DNA of 64,000 nucleotides from positions 310,001 to 374,000 of the forward strand of contig JAIVFI010000025.1 in the NCBI GenBank assembly GCA_025558095.1. The letters are read 5' to 3'. The position numbers were made by a program, and so were the translations under genes. Shown here piece by piece: positions 24,901-37,000 of the stretch (positions are counted from its first letter, which is position 1; every line of letters begins with the position of its first letter). Source of the stretch: Hyaloraphidium curvatum SAG 235-1. Its lineage: Eukaryota; Fungi; Monoblepharomycota. Under the pieces are notes generated by a model, which did no database searches, was not told the DNA's origin, and worked only from the letters and a program-made list of their open reading frames with translations.

Positions 24901-27393
24901 AGCCAGAACGTTGCTCACCAGCGCGGGCACCGGACCACGATCCGGTATGCCCAGGAGCGCCTCGTTGGCCTTCATGGGGCCCCAGAGGAAGGTTTCGAAG
25001 AAGATGCGGCGCTGTTCAGCCTGCTGAAAGGCAATGTCCTTGGGCAAGTCCGTGCGGACAACGAGCGCCATGCGCTCTTCCAGAGTCAGGCTGGCGAGCG
25101 CAACCTCGAGCGAACGACTCCTCCGATCCCACAGGGCTTTCCCGGACGCGTTCTTGAGCGCGCCGAGGGCGTCCTCCAGGATCTTGCGCCAGTTCTGCGG
25201 CCGGCGGAGGTGGGTCTGGGCTGGGAGCTCGAAGTCCTCCACGGGTATGAGCCCGGCTTCCGGCTGGCGAACGAAGTGCCGCACTCGAGCAAGGAATACG
25301 GAATGGACGAAATCATCCAAACGAGCCGCATCACTCGCCATCAGCCGCCCACGCAGACGGATCTCGGTCGCTGCCGTCCAGCGGTGGAAGCCTCCTTCAC
25401 GGTCGACCGCCACCAGGCGCGAGACAAAAAGTCGTTCCTTCCTCGTCGCGGAGAGGGACGAGTAACTGCCGTCCGGACGACCCTGGTCCAGGTCGGAAAG
25501 CCCGGCACAGCACGCGTACTTGACAGCCTCACGCAGGTCCTTGGGCACGGTCGGCTCCAGAGCGTAGTCCAGCAGAGCGTCCAGCTGCGCCCCCGGGGCT
25601 CCGACAACGGCTGGAGCGAAAATCGGGTTCGCTAAAACAGTTGGAAAGAGCGGCGGAGGCGGCGAGAGGCCGGAAGGGGTGCCCGCGGTGGCCGGCGATG
25701 GTTCGTCGGCGACGGGCGCGGGGAGCCGACGTCGCTCGACGAAGTTCCGCAGCTTCCGGCAGAGGGCCGCGCGGACCTCCTTGCCTTTGCCTTTCTCGAC
25801 TGCGGAGCATATTCCGCGGAACTGGTCGGGAGGGAGGGAGGTGAGGGTGCCGATGACGTCCTTGGAGGCGGTGGCGCGGGCGTTCTGCAGCTCGTCCAGA
25901 AACGTGTTCCACGCCGATCCGAAAGCACCTCCATTACTGAGTCCTCGTAGTCGGCCATAGAGCTGGTTCACATCGTAGGCCTTGTGGACGTCGACCTCGG
26001 CCACTCCGAGTTCCCGGGCCTGGGAAGTCAAACGGAGGTCGGCACGCGTCAATGACGACGGCGACGAGTTCCCCACCTCCTGCAGCAGGCGGGCCGCTTC
26101 TCGAGCAGCGATGCCGTCGTCCACCGCGTTCCTGGGCGCGGCCCCGGGACCCGGTCCGGTGTCCATGCGGGTCGAGTTTGTGTCTCCCGTGATCTCGCCA
26201 GTTGCCGTTTCCGGTTGTATGCACCCGCTCGTGGAACCAAGGTTGTCGGACCGAAGCATCTCCCGCTGAATGCGCGCCTTCTCTTCCGCGCTGAGCTTGA
26301 TGCAGTGCCGAAAAGTGGGACAGAGATCGCTCTCCCCAACAATTCGTATCGCCCTCTCGACAGCGTCAATCAGATCGGCCACAGTGGAGGGACAGTCTCG
26401 CCGGACAAGGCGCTTCAACCGCCCTATCACGCGCTCACTCGCATTGAACTCGGGAGTACGGGGTCGCAGGTACACGAGGTTGAGGTTGTTGGCTTTCGCC
26501 ACCGCCTGAACCGCGAGGAACGATTTGCCGGAGGTGTTCTCTACAATCGCAGTACCATTTGCGGTCTTCTTTGCCCTCAAAGGGGATCCATGGTAACCAG
26601 CATTGTCAATCACAATGTTCAGCGCGTTCTTGGGGCCCTGTCCGTCTGCCTTAACAGACCTCAAGAAAGCGCAGAATCGCTCCGTGTTCATATTGCCACG
26701 GTAGATCACATACGAGATCACCGTTCCAGCAACTGCTCCCGGACGAGGACTTGGTGACACTGCGAGACACAGAGTCACCTTTGGACCTCTATTCCGCGGG
26801 AGGTAGACAACAGCGCGGCTTCCGCGGTCCGAGTACCCGTGGCTGCCCGGGTCGTTGAGCTCGAAAGCCGTTTCGTCCAGTGCGACCATGCGTTCCATAG
26901 GCACATTCTCGATGCGACTATGAAACAGAAGATGCCTTTCCGGTTGCCGTAAGGCCTCGGAAGACTTGACGGTGAGCCTCTTCCTAGTGACGCCATTTGC
27001 CTTCAGCAGCCGCGAAACGTGCTGCTGGGAGACGCGGATCCCGTACTTTTCTGCCAGAAAAAGAACTAGCTCCTGCTGGGTGACCCTGACCTGGCTTTTT
27101 GCCTCGTGTACGATGTCCTGGACCATCTGGTCCGTGACCTTGCGGCGGCTCCGGACCTTGCGAACTCCCTCTCTCGATGCCGGGGGCAGCGATGCCCACT
27201 TGATCCAACGAAAATAGGTCGTGCGATGTACTCCCAACGACGCAGAAATCTCCGCCGAGCTCAGCTTCCCAGTCTGCTTGAGCCGAGTTGCGATGGCGGG
27301 GCCGTCCACCAACATTGGCGTCCGGGGCACAGGTAGTTGTGAAGAAGCCCGAGGCGCAGAGTTTGCAGATGGAGATGCCAAGGCCACTGGCAT
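18812..27393 (-). CDS. Predicted single spliced gene encoding a DDE transposase-Fanzor1 fusion (~2,650-2,710 aa, 8-9 exons)
   Basis: Predicted exons 27393-24919, 24859-24279, 24224-21803, 21741-21258, 21204-21034, 20981-19679, 19618-19373, 19314-19085, 19035-18812 (or stop at 19047 if the last intron is retained). Introns are 49-61 nt GT..AG with CTRAY-like branch sites, and each restores the frame. Confidence 0.7.
19085..20370 (-). other. Fanzor1/TnpB-like RuvC nuclease and zinc-finger module
   Basis: RuvC-I CLDPG (D at 20356-20358); Fanzor1-type IEAWESALPSQRT..FRKY..VVKFY and RRQVLD..FAYGAARF; RuvC-II INEYLTSQ (E at 19399-19401); CSKC..CPTC zinc ribbon; RuvC-III WMRDVNS (D at 19212-19214) followed by G.RPWPF. 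Confidence 0.88.
26290..27393 (-). other. IS630/Tc1-mariner transposase domain (HTH + DDE)
   Basis: HTH (SAEISASLGVHRTTYFRW; TQQELVLFLAEKYGIRVSQQHVSRLLKANGVTRKR); catalytic ALDETAF (D173), VIDNAGYH (D263), YLRPRTPEFNASE (E320). Confidence 0.9.
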
Positions 27394-27415
27394 TGGGGCG
27401 CTGCCGGCGGAAACA

Positions 27416-27442
27416 GCTAGTAGCAGAGGCGATGTGTGCGAC
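27416..27442. repeat. Right imperfect terminal inverted repeat (reverse complement GTCGCACACATCGCCTCTGCTACTAGC)
   Basis: Partner of 18793-18819; immediately followed by TAAGTG. Confidence 0.6.
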
Positions 27443-27497
27443 TAAGTGAACCGGTGCCGGCTGTGATCGACGCGACGGGAAAACAGCGCGATCAACG

Positions 27498-28501
<1,004 letters not shown>

Positions 28502-28758
28502 ACGGGGACGCCGGCGGTGGCGATTGACGCCCCAGTTCCCCGTCGCGCACATTGGCGCTGCCCGCGTTTCGCTGTCTATGCGGAAGTGAAGGACTTCCGG
28601 AGATGCTCTGGACGGCCATCGATACCCGTTTATACCGTCGTCGCACTTGTTTGGTCCTCGAGATATTGCGTGAAATCAATACCATTGCGCCAACAGCACA
28701 GCATTCTAGGCGCCCTCCGAATGATGAGGGCGGGCAATCCGGCCAACGTCCATGCCAA

Positions 28759-29329
28759 CTAGTGCTCCCCTCCCTCTGCGCTCCGCTCCGGGTACACCAG
28801 GGGGAACCATTGCGCGAGGTAGGTGAAGCAGAAACTGCGCGGGGCCGGTGAGCGTTCTGATTGCGGGGCGGGTCGGCGAGACCCACATAAGGTAGCAGCA
28901 CACGAAGGTCAGGACAAGCGACGTCTTCGTCGTGCCGATGTTGGGGCCGCCGAACGGTGCCGGGTACTGCGAAGGGCGTCAGGGCCATGCGCGACGCCGG
29001 ATCGCGGTGCGCCCACCTTCGGCACGGCGATGACGATTGCGGACAGGGCGACGATGACGATGATGCCGACCCAGACCTGCGTGGAGTTGATGTTGTTGCA
29101 GTTCGCGATGACGCCGTTGCACGGGTTGGTGCCTGTGGGGGCGGCCGGCCGGGGGGGGGGCGGCGGGCGTCAGGGCCGTCCATCGCCTGCGTGCCGCAGT
29201 CCCCGCACCGTATGCGCACGGCTTGCCGGTGTACGAGCACGGCTGCAGCGGCGGCCTGCCCGGGTCGCTCTCGGGGTTCGTCGCGCGCGCCACGAGGTGC
29301 ACAAAGTGCTCGAACGCCGCGAGCGACAT
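28759..29329 (-). CDS. VMA9: V-type ATPase subunit e (Vma9-like) with N-terminal extension
   Basis: TM helix, then GPNIGTTKTSLVLTFVCCYLMW...YLAQWFPLVYP, the subunit e signature. Confidence 0.75.
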
Positions 29330-29442
29330 GGCGAAACACGCGCGGACTATAAAGGCAAAGCCGGGCGCGGGGGGAGGGAGGAGCGATAGGGCGGTGGCGC
29401 TGGAGGGGAAGGGGTTGCACGCATCCACACAGTGATCCTGCG

Positions 29443-29895
29443 ATGGCATCGAAGGGCAAGGCCGCAGCGGCTAAGGCCGTGACGATCAAGCTGGTCGTGC
29501 CGGCCGGCAAGGCGGCCCCGGCGCCGCCCGTCGGCCCCGCGCTGGGCCAGCGCGGCGTCAAGGCAATCGACTTCTGCAAGCAGTTCAATGACCGGACGAA
29601 GCACCTGATCCCGGGCACGCCGACGCCGTGCCGCATCACAGTCAACCCGGATCGGACGTTCTCCTTCGTGACAAAGTCGCCGCCCACGGGATGGCTGCTG
29701 AAGAAGGCCGCGGGCATCGAGAAGGGCGCCGCGCGGCCCGGCGAGGAGGTGGCGGCCACGCTGTCGGTGAAGCACATCTACGAGATCGCAAAGATCAAGC
29801 AGGTGGACAAGCACGGCGGCGGCAAGCCGCTGGAGGTGGCCGCGCGCGCCGTGGCGGGCCAGTGCCGCAGCATCGGCATCAAGGTCGTGCCTTGA
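29443..29895 (+). CDS. MRPL19: Mitochondrial ribosomal protein uL11m
   Basis: IKLVVPAGKAAPAPPVGPALGQRGVKAIDFCKQFNDRT...SVKHIYEIAKIK; single exon, 150 aa. Confidence 0.95.
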   Translation: MASKGKAAAAKAVTIKLVVPAGKAAPAPPVGPALGQRGVKAIDFCKQFNDRTKHLIPGTPTPCRITVNPDRTFSFVTKSPPTGWLLKKAAGIEKGAARPGEEVAATLSVKHIYEIAKIKQVDKHGGGKPLEVAARAVAGQCRSIGIKVVP

Positions 29896-30419
29896 GGAAC
29901 TTGGACGGACGGCTGTGACGTGCGGCAGGTTAGCCGTCAGAGCAAACGGAAAAGGGCGCCACTGGCGTTGTACTGCCTCTGGGTTCTCTTTGGAGGAAGG
30001 CGGCCGCACGGAACTCTTTGAAGAGCGAGGGAAGGGTACAGCCCAGCCTGGCCCGGGGGCGATTGCGATGCAGGCTTTCGAGGAACGGGTCGTGTCCTGT
30101 AAAAGGAGCAGTCGTGCCTCCGCGTGTAGTTCCTCGTTGATCGGAGTTAGCCGATGACGCGGCAATCCCTGGTCGCGCACGTCCCTGGACGAGTTGAAGA
30201 CCAAACAGTCTCCGAATTCCTCCGCCAGAGGACATCCCGGGCGGAACAGCCCGGCGACGGCCGCCCGAGTAGGATTCGGCCGGCCCGGCATCCACCCGGC
30301 CCCGCGGGCCGCGAATCGCGTCCGGCCGCGTCTCCGCGGACCCGGCTTCTGCCCCCCGCCGCGGCCGCCCGGCCGGCCCCGCGGCTGCTCCCCCCGCCAC
30401 CGGGCACACGCCCGCGGAC

Positions 30420-32199
30420 ATGCTCTCCTCGCCGACCGCAATGGCCGGGGCCCCGGGACCGGCGCCCGGGGACCTGCTCGCGGACTTGTTTGCCGCGGAG
30501 AGTCCCGTCACGGCCCTTGCGACCGACCTCAACGCCAACCTCGGGGTCCGGGAGAGGTAGATACGCAGCGCAAATGCGTTTTCCCGGCGACGGAGGCGGA
30601 ATGCTGACCGCGGGGTTCAGTCCGGACGTGCCCCACAGCCCGCTCCAGCTGGCCGGCAGGAGGAAGCTCGAGCTCGCGAGTCCGACGCCGGTCGTTGAGA
30701 AGCCGATGGCGTTCCCGAACCGGACTATGCGCAGGCATTTCACCGCGGACGTCTCTTCCTTGAGAGCACCGCTCGACTTTGGCGCCGTCGCACCTCGGCC
30801 GCTGGCGCCCACGGTCTGCATGTCTCCGCTGGAGGACGAATTCAACCCGCTCGGCCCTGGTGCAAGCACGGCGCCGCGGAAAGAGTCTGCGAGCGGGCTA
30901 TTTCCAAGCGTTTCCTCGTGGGATGCGTCCGCGAAGGCTGCCGTGCCGGGCTAACTGCGAGTGGCATTAGCAGTGGGCCGGACGCAAAACCGCCACCGGC
31001 AGACACCCAGCACAGTTCGGAGGTCGCAAATAAGGCGCGGAATGCACTGTTGGTTGACTACTGCGCTCGCTTTCTGTCGCGACTGCGGGCTCACTGATTC
31101 GCAGGTTTGGGACGAAGGCCGCCAGGAGCTGGCACCGGCAACCTGCAGCCGTCAAGCCACCTCTTACGAGGACATCCAACACTGCGCCGACTGCGCTCCC
31201 CATTCCGCAGGTTTCCGTGCGGCCCACCACCAAACCGCCTCTGCCCGGAAGCCCCATCACATTCCTTCCCTCTCCGACTTCCGACGAGGACGTCGAGCCG
31301 CCGAAAGCACAGGTTGCACCGGACTTTATGGCAATGGATTGGGCGGCCGACAGCCCCGTCCGTCAGTGCTCCGTTCCGGTGCAGGAGAGCGCCAAGCGCC
31401 GCCGGGAAGACGAGCATTCGCCTCCGTCAAAGAACCGACGAACCCACAGCGTTCCGGCCATGGAAACATGCAAGGAACCCGCACCGCTACCCCGGGAAGC
31501 CCCGCCCATCCTCCCCTACATTCCTACCGGCGCCTCGGACGGCATCAGGCGCATCGCCCCCGAAACGGTGCGTTGAGCTCGCCCAACGGGGATTTTACGC
31601 TGACGGTGGTCCTCCGCAGGTAATCGACCTGTTGAATGGGCACTACAGCAACATGTGCGACGACTTTCACATCATCGACTGCCGTTTCGATTACGAGTTC
31701 GAGGGCGGGCACATCCGCGGGGCGAGGAACATCCACCAGGAGGAGCAGATCCTCGAGGTTTTTCTGAGGGGATCCATCGTCCGTCGGCGGACGGTGATCG
31801 TCTTTCACTGCGAGTTTTCCAGCCACCGTGCCCCACGAATGTTGGCTCGCTGCCCGTCGCGCTGTCGTTGCCGCTGCCTCCTAACCACGTGCAAATCCAG
31901 GGCCAAGGTGCTCCGCAACGAAGACCGCATGCTCAATCTCAAGAACTACCCGGAACTGCATTACCCCGATGTTTACGTTCTTGAGGGTGGATACAAGGGC
32001 TTCTTCGAGAAGTACAAGGTGAGACAGATCGCCTGGGAAGTACTTCGGTATCATTCATGGCCCGATTCAGGAGCACTGCGACCCGCAAGCTTACGTGCAA
32101 ATGGCAAACGAAGCGCATCTTGAGCAGTGCAGACAAGCGAGGCGCGAATTCAAGAAGGTGCGATCGTATAGAGATGCGCAGAAGCGTGATCGCCTCTAG
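30420..32199 (+). CDS. MIH1: Cdc25/Mih1 M-phase inducer phosphatase
   Basis: N-terminal SPVTALATDL; rhodanese domain IIDCRFDYEFEGGHIRGA, FHCEFSSHRAP (HCx5R), EDRMLN..YPELHYPDVYVLEGGY; ends approximate. Confidence 0.9.
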
Positions 32200-32394
32200 A
32201 AGCTAGATCGAAAGGACCTCACTAGTAAGACTAATTAATGAACTTCTTGGGAAGAGGCTACCAAACGAACAATTCATTTGGTCCCAGATTACATGGAGCT
32301 GCCGCCAAAGTCTACACGTCCTGATCGTTGCAGTTTCCGAATCTACTCACGGGAAATTGTTTTTCGGTCCCCATCGAGAAGGGAGCGTGTCCGA

Positions 32395-33945
32395 TTACGC
32401 CTTCGTCAGCGAAGGGAAGGCGTTGGGGTCCTCAAGGGTGACGCTGCCGCTGGCGCCGGCGCCCTCGCGACCGCGGCCACGCACGCCACCGCCGCGCCCG
32501 CCCCTGGATTCCCCACCCCGGCCGCGGGTCGACGGCCGGCGAGTCGTCTCGTCGGAGAAGCGCATGTCCAGCTCGATGGTTTCCTTGACCTTCTTGGGCT
32601 TCTCCTTCGTCGGCTTAGCGGTGCCCTAAACGAAAAGGCGTCGATCACTCGGCCAACAAAGAACGCCCAGCTTCCCAACCTTCCCGGCAAAGTAGACCTC
32701 GTCATCCTCCTTGCGCTCAAACTTCTTGGTTTTCCACTGCGACTCGTCAACGCCCTCGTTGGCCTTGCGGGCCGGGGCAGCGGCCGCAGCGGCAGTGCGC
32801 TTGGCGGCCTGGGCAGCCTGGTACTGCTCCAGAGTCATGAGCTTCGCGTCCTCCTCCTCCTGGCGCCGCCTCTCCTCTTCGGCCGCCTTGCGTTCGAGCT
32901 CCTCAGGCGTGGGCTCGGCGGGGGTCTCCTCCTTGGCCTCGCCCTCCACCTCGACTTTCTCGCTGTGGGAAACGCCACCTTTTAGTTGCAGTTAGGTAAA
33001 CGGAAGCGCAGGTGCATACCCGGTGGCCTCGGTTTCAGCGGCAATGCCGCCCCAGTTGCCCTTGCCAGCCACCTCCTTCTTGTCCGACTCGCTGCGGATC
33101 AGAACCGACATCAGTACGTACGAAGATCCACAAGGGCAACAAGTTGCTCACGGGTGCTCGATGTTGCTGTGGCGGTCGTACTCATGCCGCGGGGGACGGC
33201 CACCGAAACCGCCGCGGGCCCCACCGACGCCCCTGCCACGGCCGCGGTATTCTCCGCGCGAACGCTCGCTGCGGTCACGACGGGCCGCCCTCTCCTCCTT
33301 GGCCTCGGTCACATCCGGAGCGCCTTCCCCACCCTCACCGCCCTGACGGGCGAGGCGCGGCGGAACATTGCGGTCCTTCGCGACGGGACCTGGAAGACAT
33401 GAGCCAGGGCCGCCCAGCAGACCAAAGCGACAGACGCACCGTTACCGCTGCCTTCACCGGCAGCCCTGGCACCGCGGTTCGAAGCGGCACCTCCACGTCC
33501 GGGGTAGCCCGTCCTGATTTTGTTCTGCTCCGGGCGAGCACTGGTAGAGGGGACCAGTAAGCGCTGAACGCAACAATGCCTCTCCAAGTCCGCCGAAGGG
33601 GAGCCAAGAAGATAGCATGCTGCGTGGGCGCGATGATCGGGCCCACGGCGCACGCCAGTTTGGGGATGGGAAGCACCTTCCAGGTGGGAAGAAAACGCGG
33701 TTGCGACCGCAATCGCATCCAACCGTCACCGACGCCGGCATTTCTGTGATGCCCAGGCTATCCCTAGTCACAGATACCAACCGAGTGTCGTCCTTCTTTG
33801 CGGGGGCGGCCGCAGGCGCGGCCTCCTCCTTTTTCTTCTTGGCGTCCTTCGCGCCTGCCGCCGTCGCGGTCTGCGCCTTCGGCTCCTGGTTCTCCTCGTC
33901 CAGGAGGTCGAACAGGTTCCGCGAGTAAACACCCGCGTCCGCCAT
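32395..33945 (-). CDS. STM1: Stm1/SERBP1 (HABP4) family ribosome/RNA-binding protein
   Basis: SRNLFDLL N-terminus, RGG-rich middle with YDRHS, KGNWG, MTLEQY..RKANEG, C-terminal AFPSL. Confidence 0.8.
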
Positions 33946-34047
33946 CGCGGCTGTCCGACCGGCCGAAGCGATGGACGAGGGGTGGGAACGACGAGCTGCA
34001 GCGCTTAGACAGTTCGAAGCAAACAAAAAGACGAACACAGAAAAACG

Positions 34048-37000
34048 CTAAGGCTCCAAGCTGAGCGAACTATCCGCTGCTCGAACGGTCGTCACCGATC
34101 GCCCGCCTGTCCCAAGGATTGTGGCCCTCAGGACATTCTCCACCTTGGAGAAGCTCAGGCGAACGGGATCGCGGAGGCGAGTCTGCTCAAGGCTGCGCTC
34201 AAAGACACGCAAGCGATCCCAAAGGAGAGCAACACGATCGAGCGTCTGGGAACCGCGGTGTCAGCGCCGGCGGGCTTGCAGGGTGCCTCTTGTACTCACG
34301 ACCGGCAGCATCTCGATCGTGCAGGAAGTGGCGATTGCTCGCACGTTCTGGGCGAAGAACTCCTGAAGCTCCTTCATGTCCGATCTGCGGCCGCGATCCG
34401 CAAAGCAAGGTGTTTTGCGATTCAGGCGCGCGCGAGCCTGATAGATAATCGTCAGCTTCGAGCGGCGCGACATTATGGCCGGCTCACCTCATCCAATCGA
34501 ACGGCCACCTGGCCACTCAGCGACCCGTTTGAGTCCGGCACAAAGTTAACAGTCACGACGTCGTCAAAAGTGAACGAAAGGGGCTTGTGGCCGGAGGCTT
34601 TCCACGAGTGAACGGCGGAGAACAGATTAATCGAGTCTGTGGAACGGAGTTAGAACGGTTGCAAGCGCATGTTCTTGACGCCCACCGCTCCAGTGCTTGA
34701 CCTCTTGCTTGCTCAGAAGCTTCAGGCTGTCGCGCGTTTTGGTCGCAGATTCAATGTCCTGGAAACGGTTTCAGTTTCATGAGACTGAGCAACCTCGAGC
34801 GCGTACCTGTGCAATAGTCCTCTTTTCTCGCAGCATGGACTCGTTCTTGACTTCTAGCGCAGCGAACCGTTCTTTGAGTGCAAGAAGCTCGCTGGGCAGC
34901 GATGCCAGCTCGGTCCTGAAGCATAGCGGAGTTAGTGCAATCAAAAGTCGCCCCACAAACGCCGTACCTCTTGGCCACGACGCTGGCATTCAATTCGTCC
35001 AGAGACCTCATTGCCTGCAAGTCGTAAGACGTTTTTCTGCGACGCGATCCTCTCAGTTCTCGAATTGAGAATGGTCCAGTGCTACCCACTCCTGGATCCG
35101 CTCTTCCTTAGCCGCTTCCAGCTTCTTCAGGTGCAGACGTGCTTCGGGGAGGAACACGTTGAGCTGCTCCAGGAACTGATCGATGAAATTCGCATCCTGC
35201 ATTTCCGACCATAAGCGGCGAGCGAGACACCCCAGCTACGATCTGTGCAACACGCACCTTCTCGAGCTGATCGCGGGTGTCGATCAGAGACCCAGAGAAC
35301 CCATCGATGAGCCTTTCCTTCCAGGTGTACCATCCTTCTCGCGCCACGAGACGAGAAAACGCATGCGTAGCAGTCAAGTCATTCTGCGTGGCGCGTTGCG
35401 ACATTAGGCTGCGATGTCTCGTGGACTGTGCCTGCACGCACCATGATGGTTCCGCGCTCATGATCGTCAGCTTCCTGGAACTCCAAGAACAGCAAAGGGT
35501 TGTCCTCCGAAGCACTGGTATCCATCTTTGCGATGTTGGCCTTGGCTTGCGAGATGTACTGGGCCAGCTCCTTGCAACCCTACACAGGAGTTGGCCAACA
35601 ATCAAAGGCACATTAGGGCAAAACTCACAAACTCGAGCATTTCGAGCTCGGGCATATCGAGTCCGTTCGTCTTGACAAAAGCAGCAATCTCGGGAGCATC
35701 TGCTAACGAAGTTTAGCCTTGCAGCGGGACGTCAAACGGTAGTCGGCCTACCGGTCGGAATAACAAAGGCGCTAGTGTCCCTCCGGAGCTCGACATCATC
35801 TTCGTTGCCATAACTGAAGCCCGTGGCTTGCATGAAGAGCTCCAACGTCATGGGACCCTTCAACGGACCGTCATCCGCCTGTAACCTTCACGTTAGCCAA
35901 AGGTTGCGGAGCCCAATGACTGGAAGTGTACCGAAGCAAAAGACTCGTCCGCCGCATCGAACTCCTCGTTCATGATGTCCACGGGCACCGAATTGGATTC
36001 CATGGTACCGCTCGGGAAACCGCCGTCTTCCTGCGAAGCTTGGATAGCAGAGTCGCCGTCCGAAGTTCCCTTCATCACGAACGACGGGGATTCCGTCGTC
36101 AAGACGAAAGACGGTGCAGACCCGATGCTCGCCTGGGAGAAGGCGGCAGCAGGCGAAGCCGGAGCGGTACGGTTCATCCTTGGGGAGAATGTCCCAGTTG
36201 ACTGCCTGGCCGCCGAAATGGTTGCACGTCGTCGAAGAGGAGATCCCTCGTAGCCCGCAAGGCTCTTCCTGGGCGAAGGACCGACAGATACCTTGGCGCT
36301 CCTCGCTGCCACCGAGATGGCGGGGCTGGCCGGCGCAGCCGGTTCCTCGGCGATCGGCGAGTTTCCCATCTCCGCAATAGTGTCGGCCAGCCGGACGGTG
36401 TAAACAGGTGCCATGGCTTGCAAAGCACTGTTAGTGAAGACGGTAGAGAGGCGATGCGATCCATACCTTGAGCAATGGTCAACTGGAGTTGCTCCGTTGT
36501 TTCGGTCATATCGTCCACCGGGACCGCGGCTCCTGCCTCCGCGACATCGTCTTCATCGTTGGTGTCTGCACGATGCTCAGAGTCTTCGATCGCGGGCTCC
36601 AGGGAATCGGACTTAGGAGCTGCTACCGCAGAGCACGGTTAAGCCTTCCCATCCGGAACAGCATGGGAAAAGAGACTAACCAGAAGATTGGAGCAGTCCT
36701 GAGGATCGTTGAGTCAAGGGGAAAGTGGGGTCTTGTTCCTCTGCAGAAAGGTTGGGGTCGATGAAGAAGGAGAGCCAAGTCAACAAGCAGTAACTCACCA
36801 TCCTCGTCCAGTTCGCTTCCGACCTCGCTGCGCATGATGCCGCCAATGCAACGTGTAACGTCCATTGGAAGCTCACCGCCGAACAAGCTTTGCCGAGTCA
36901 TCGTGGTCCTCCGCGAACGGTCCTCGATCGGGTTCCCATCTTCCTTGTCCTCATGGACACTTTCTGCTTCGCCATCCGGGGCCAAGAAAGATCCGTCCGT

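Larger units (their letters stand above)
18793..27442 (-). mobile_element. 8,650-bp DNA transposon (IS630/Tc1-mariner-type transposase plus Fanzor1) with imperfect TIRs and candidate 6-bp TSD
   Basis: Contains a DDE transposase and RuvC/Zn-finger nuclease coding sequence; ends are 27-nt imperfect inverted repeats (17/27 identical) flanked by TAAGTG at 18787-18792 and 27443-27448; interrupts a head-to-head housekeeping gene pair. Confidence 0.75.

Noticed and set aside
33541-33781. Long first intron of the Stm1-like gene as a snoRNA host
   Set aside because: No convincing C/D or correctly placed H/ACA boxes seen
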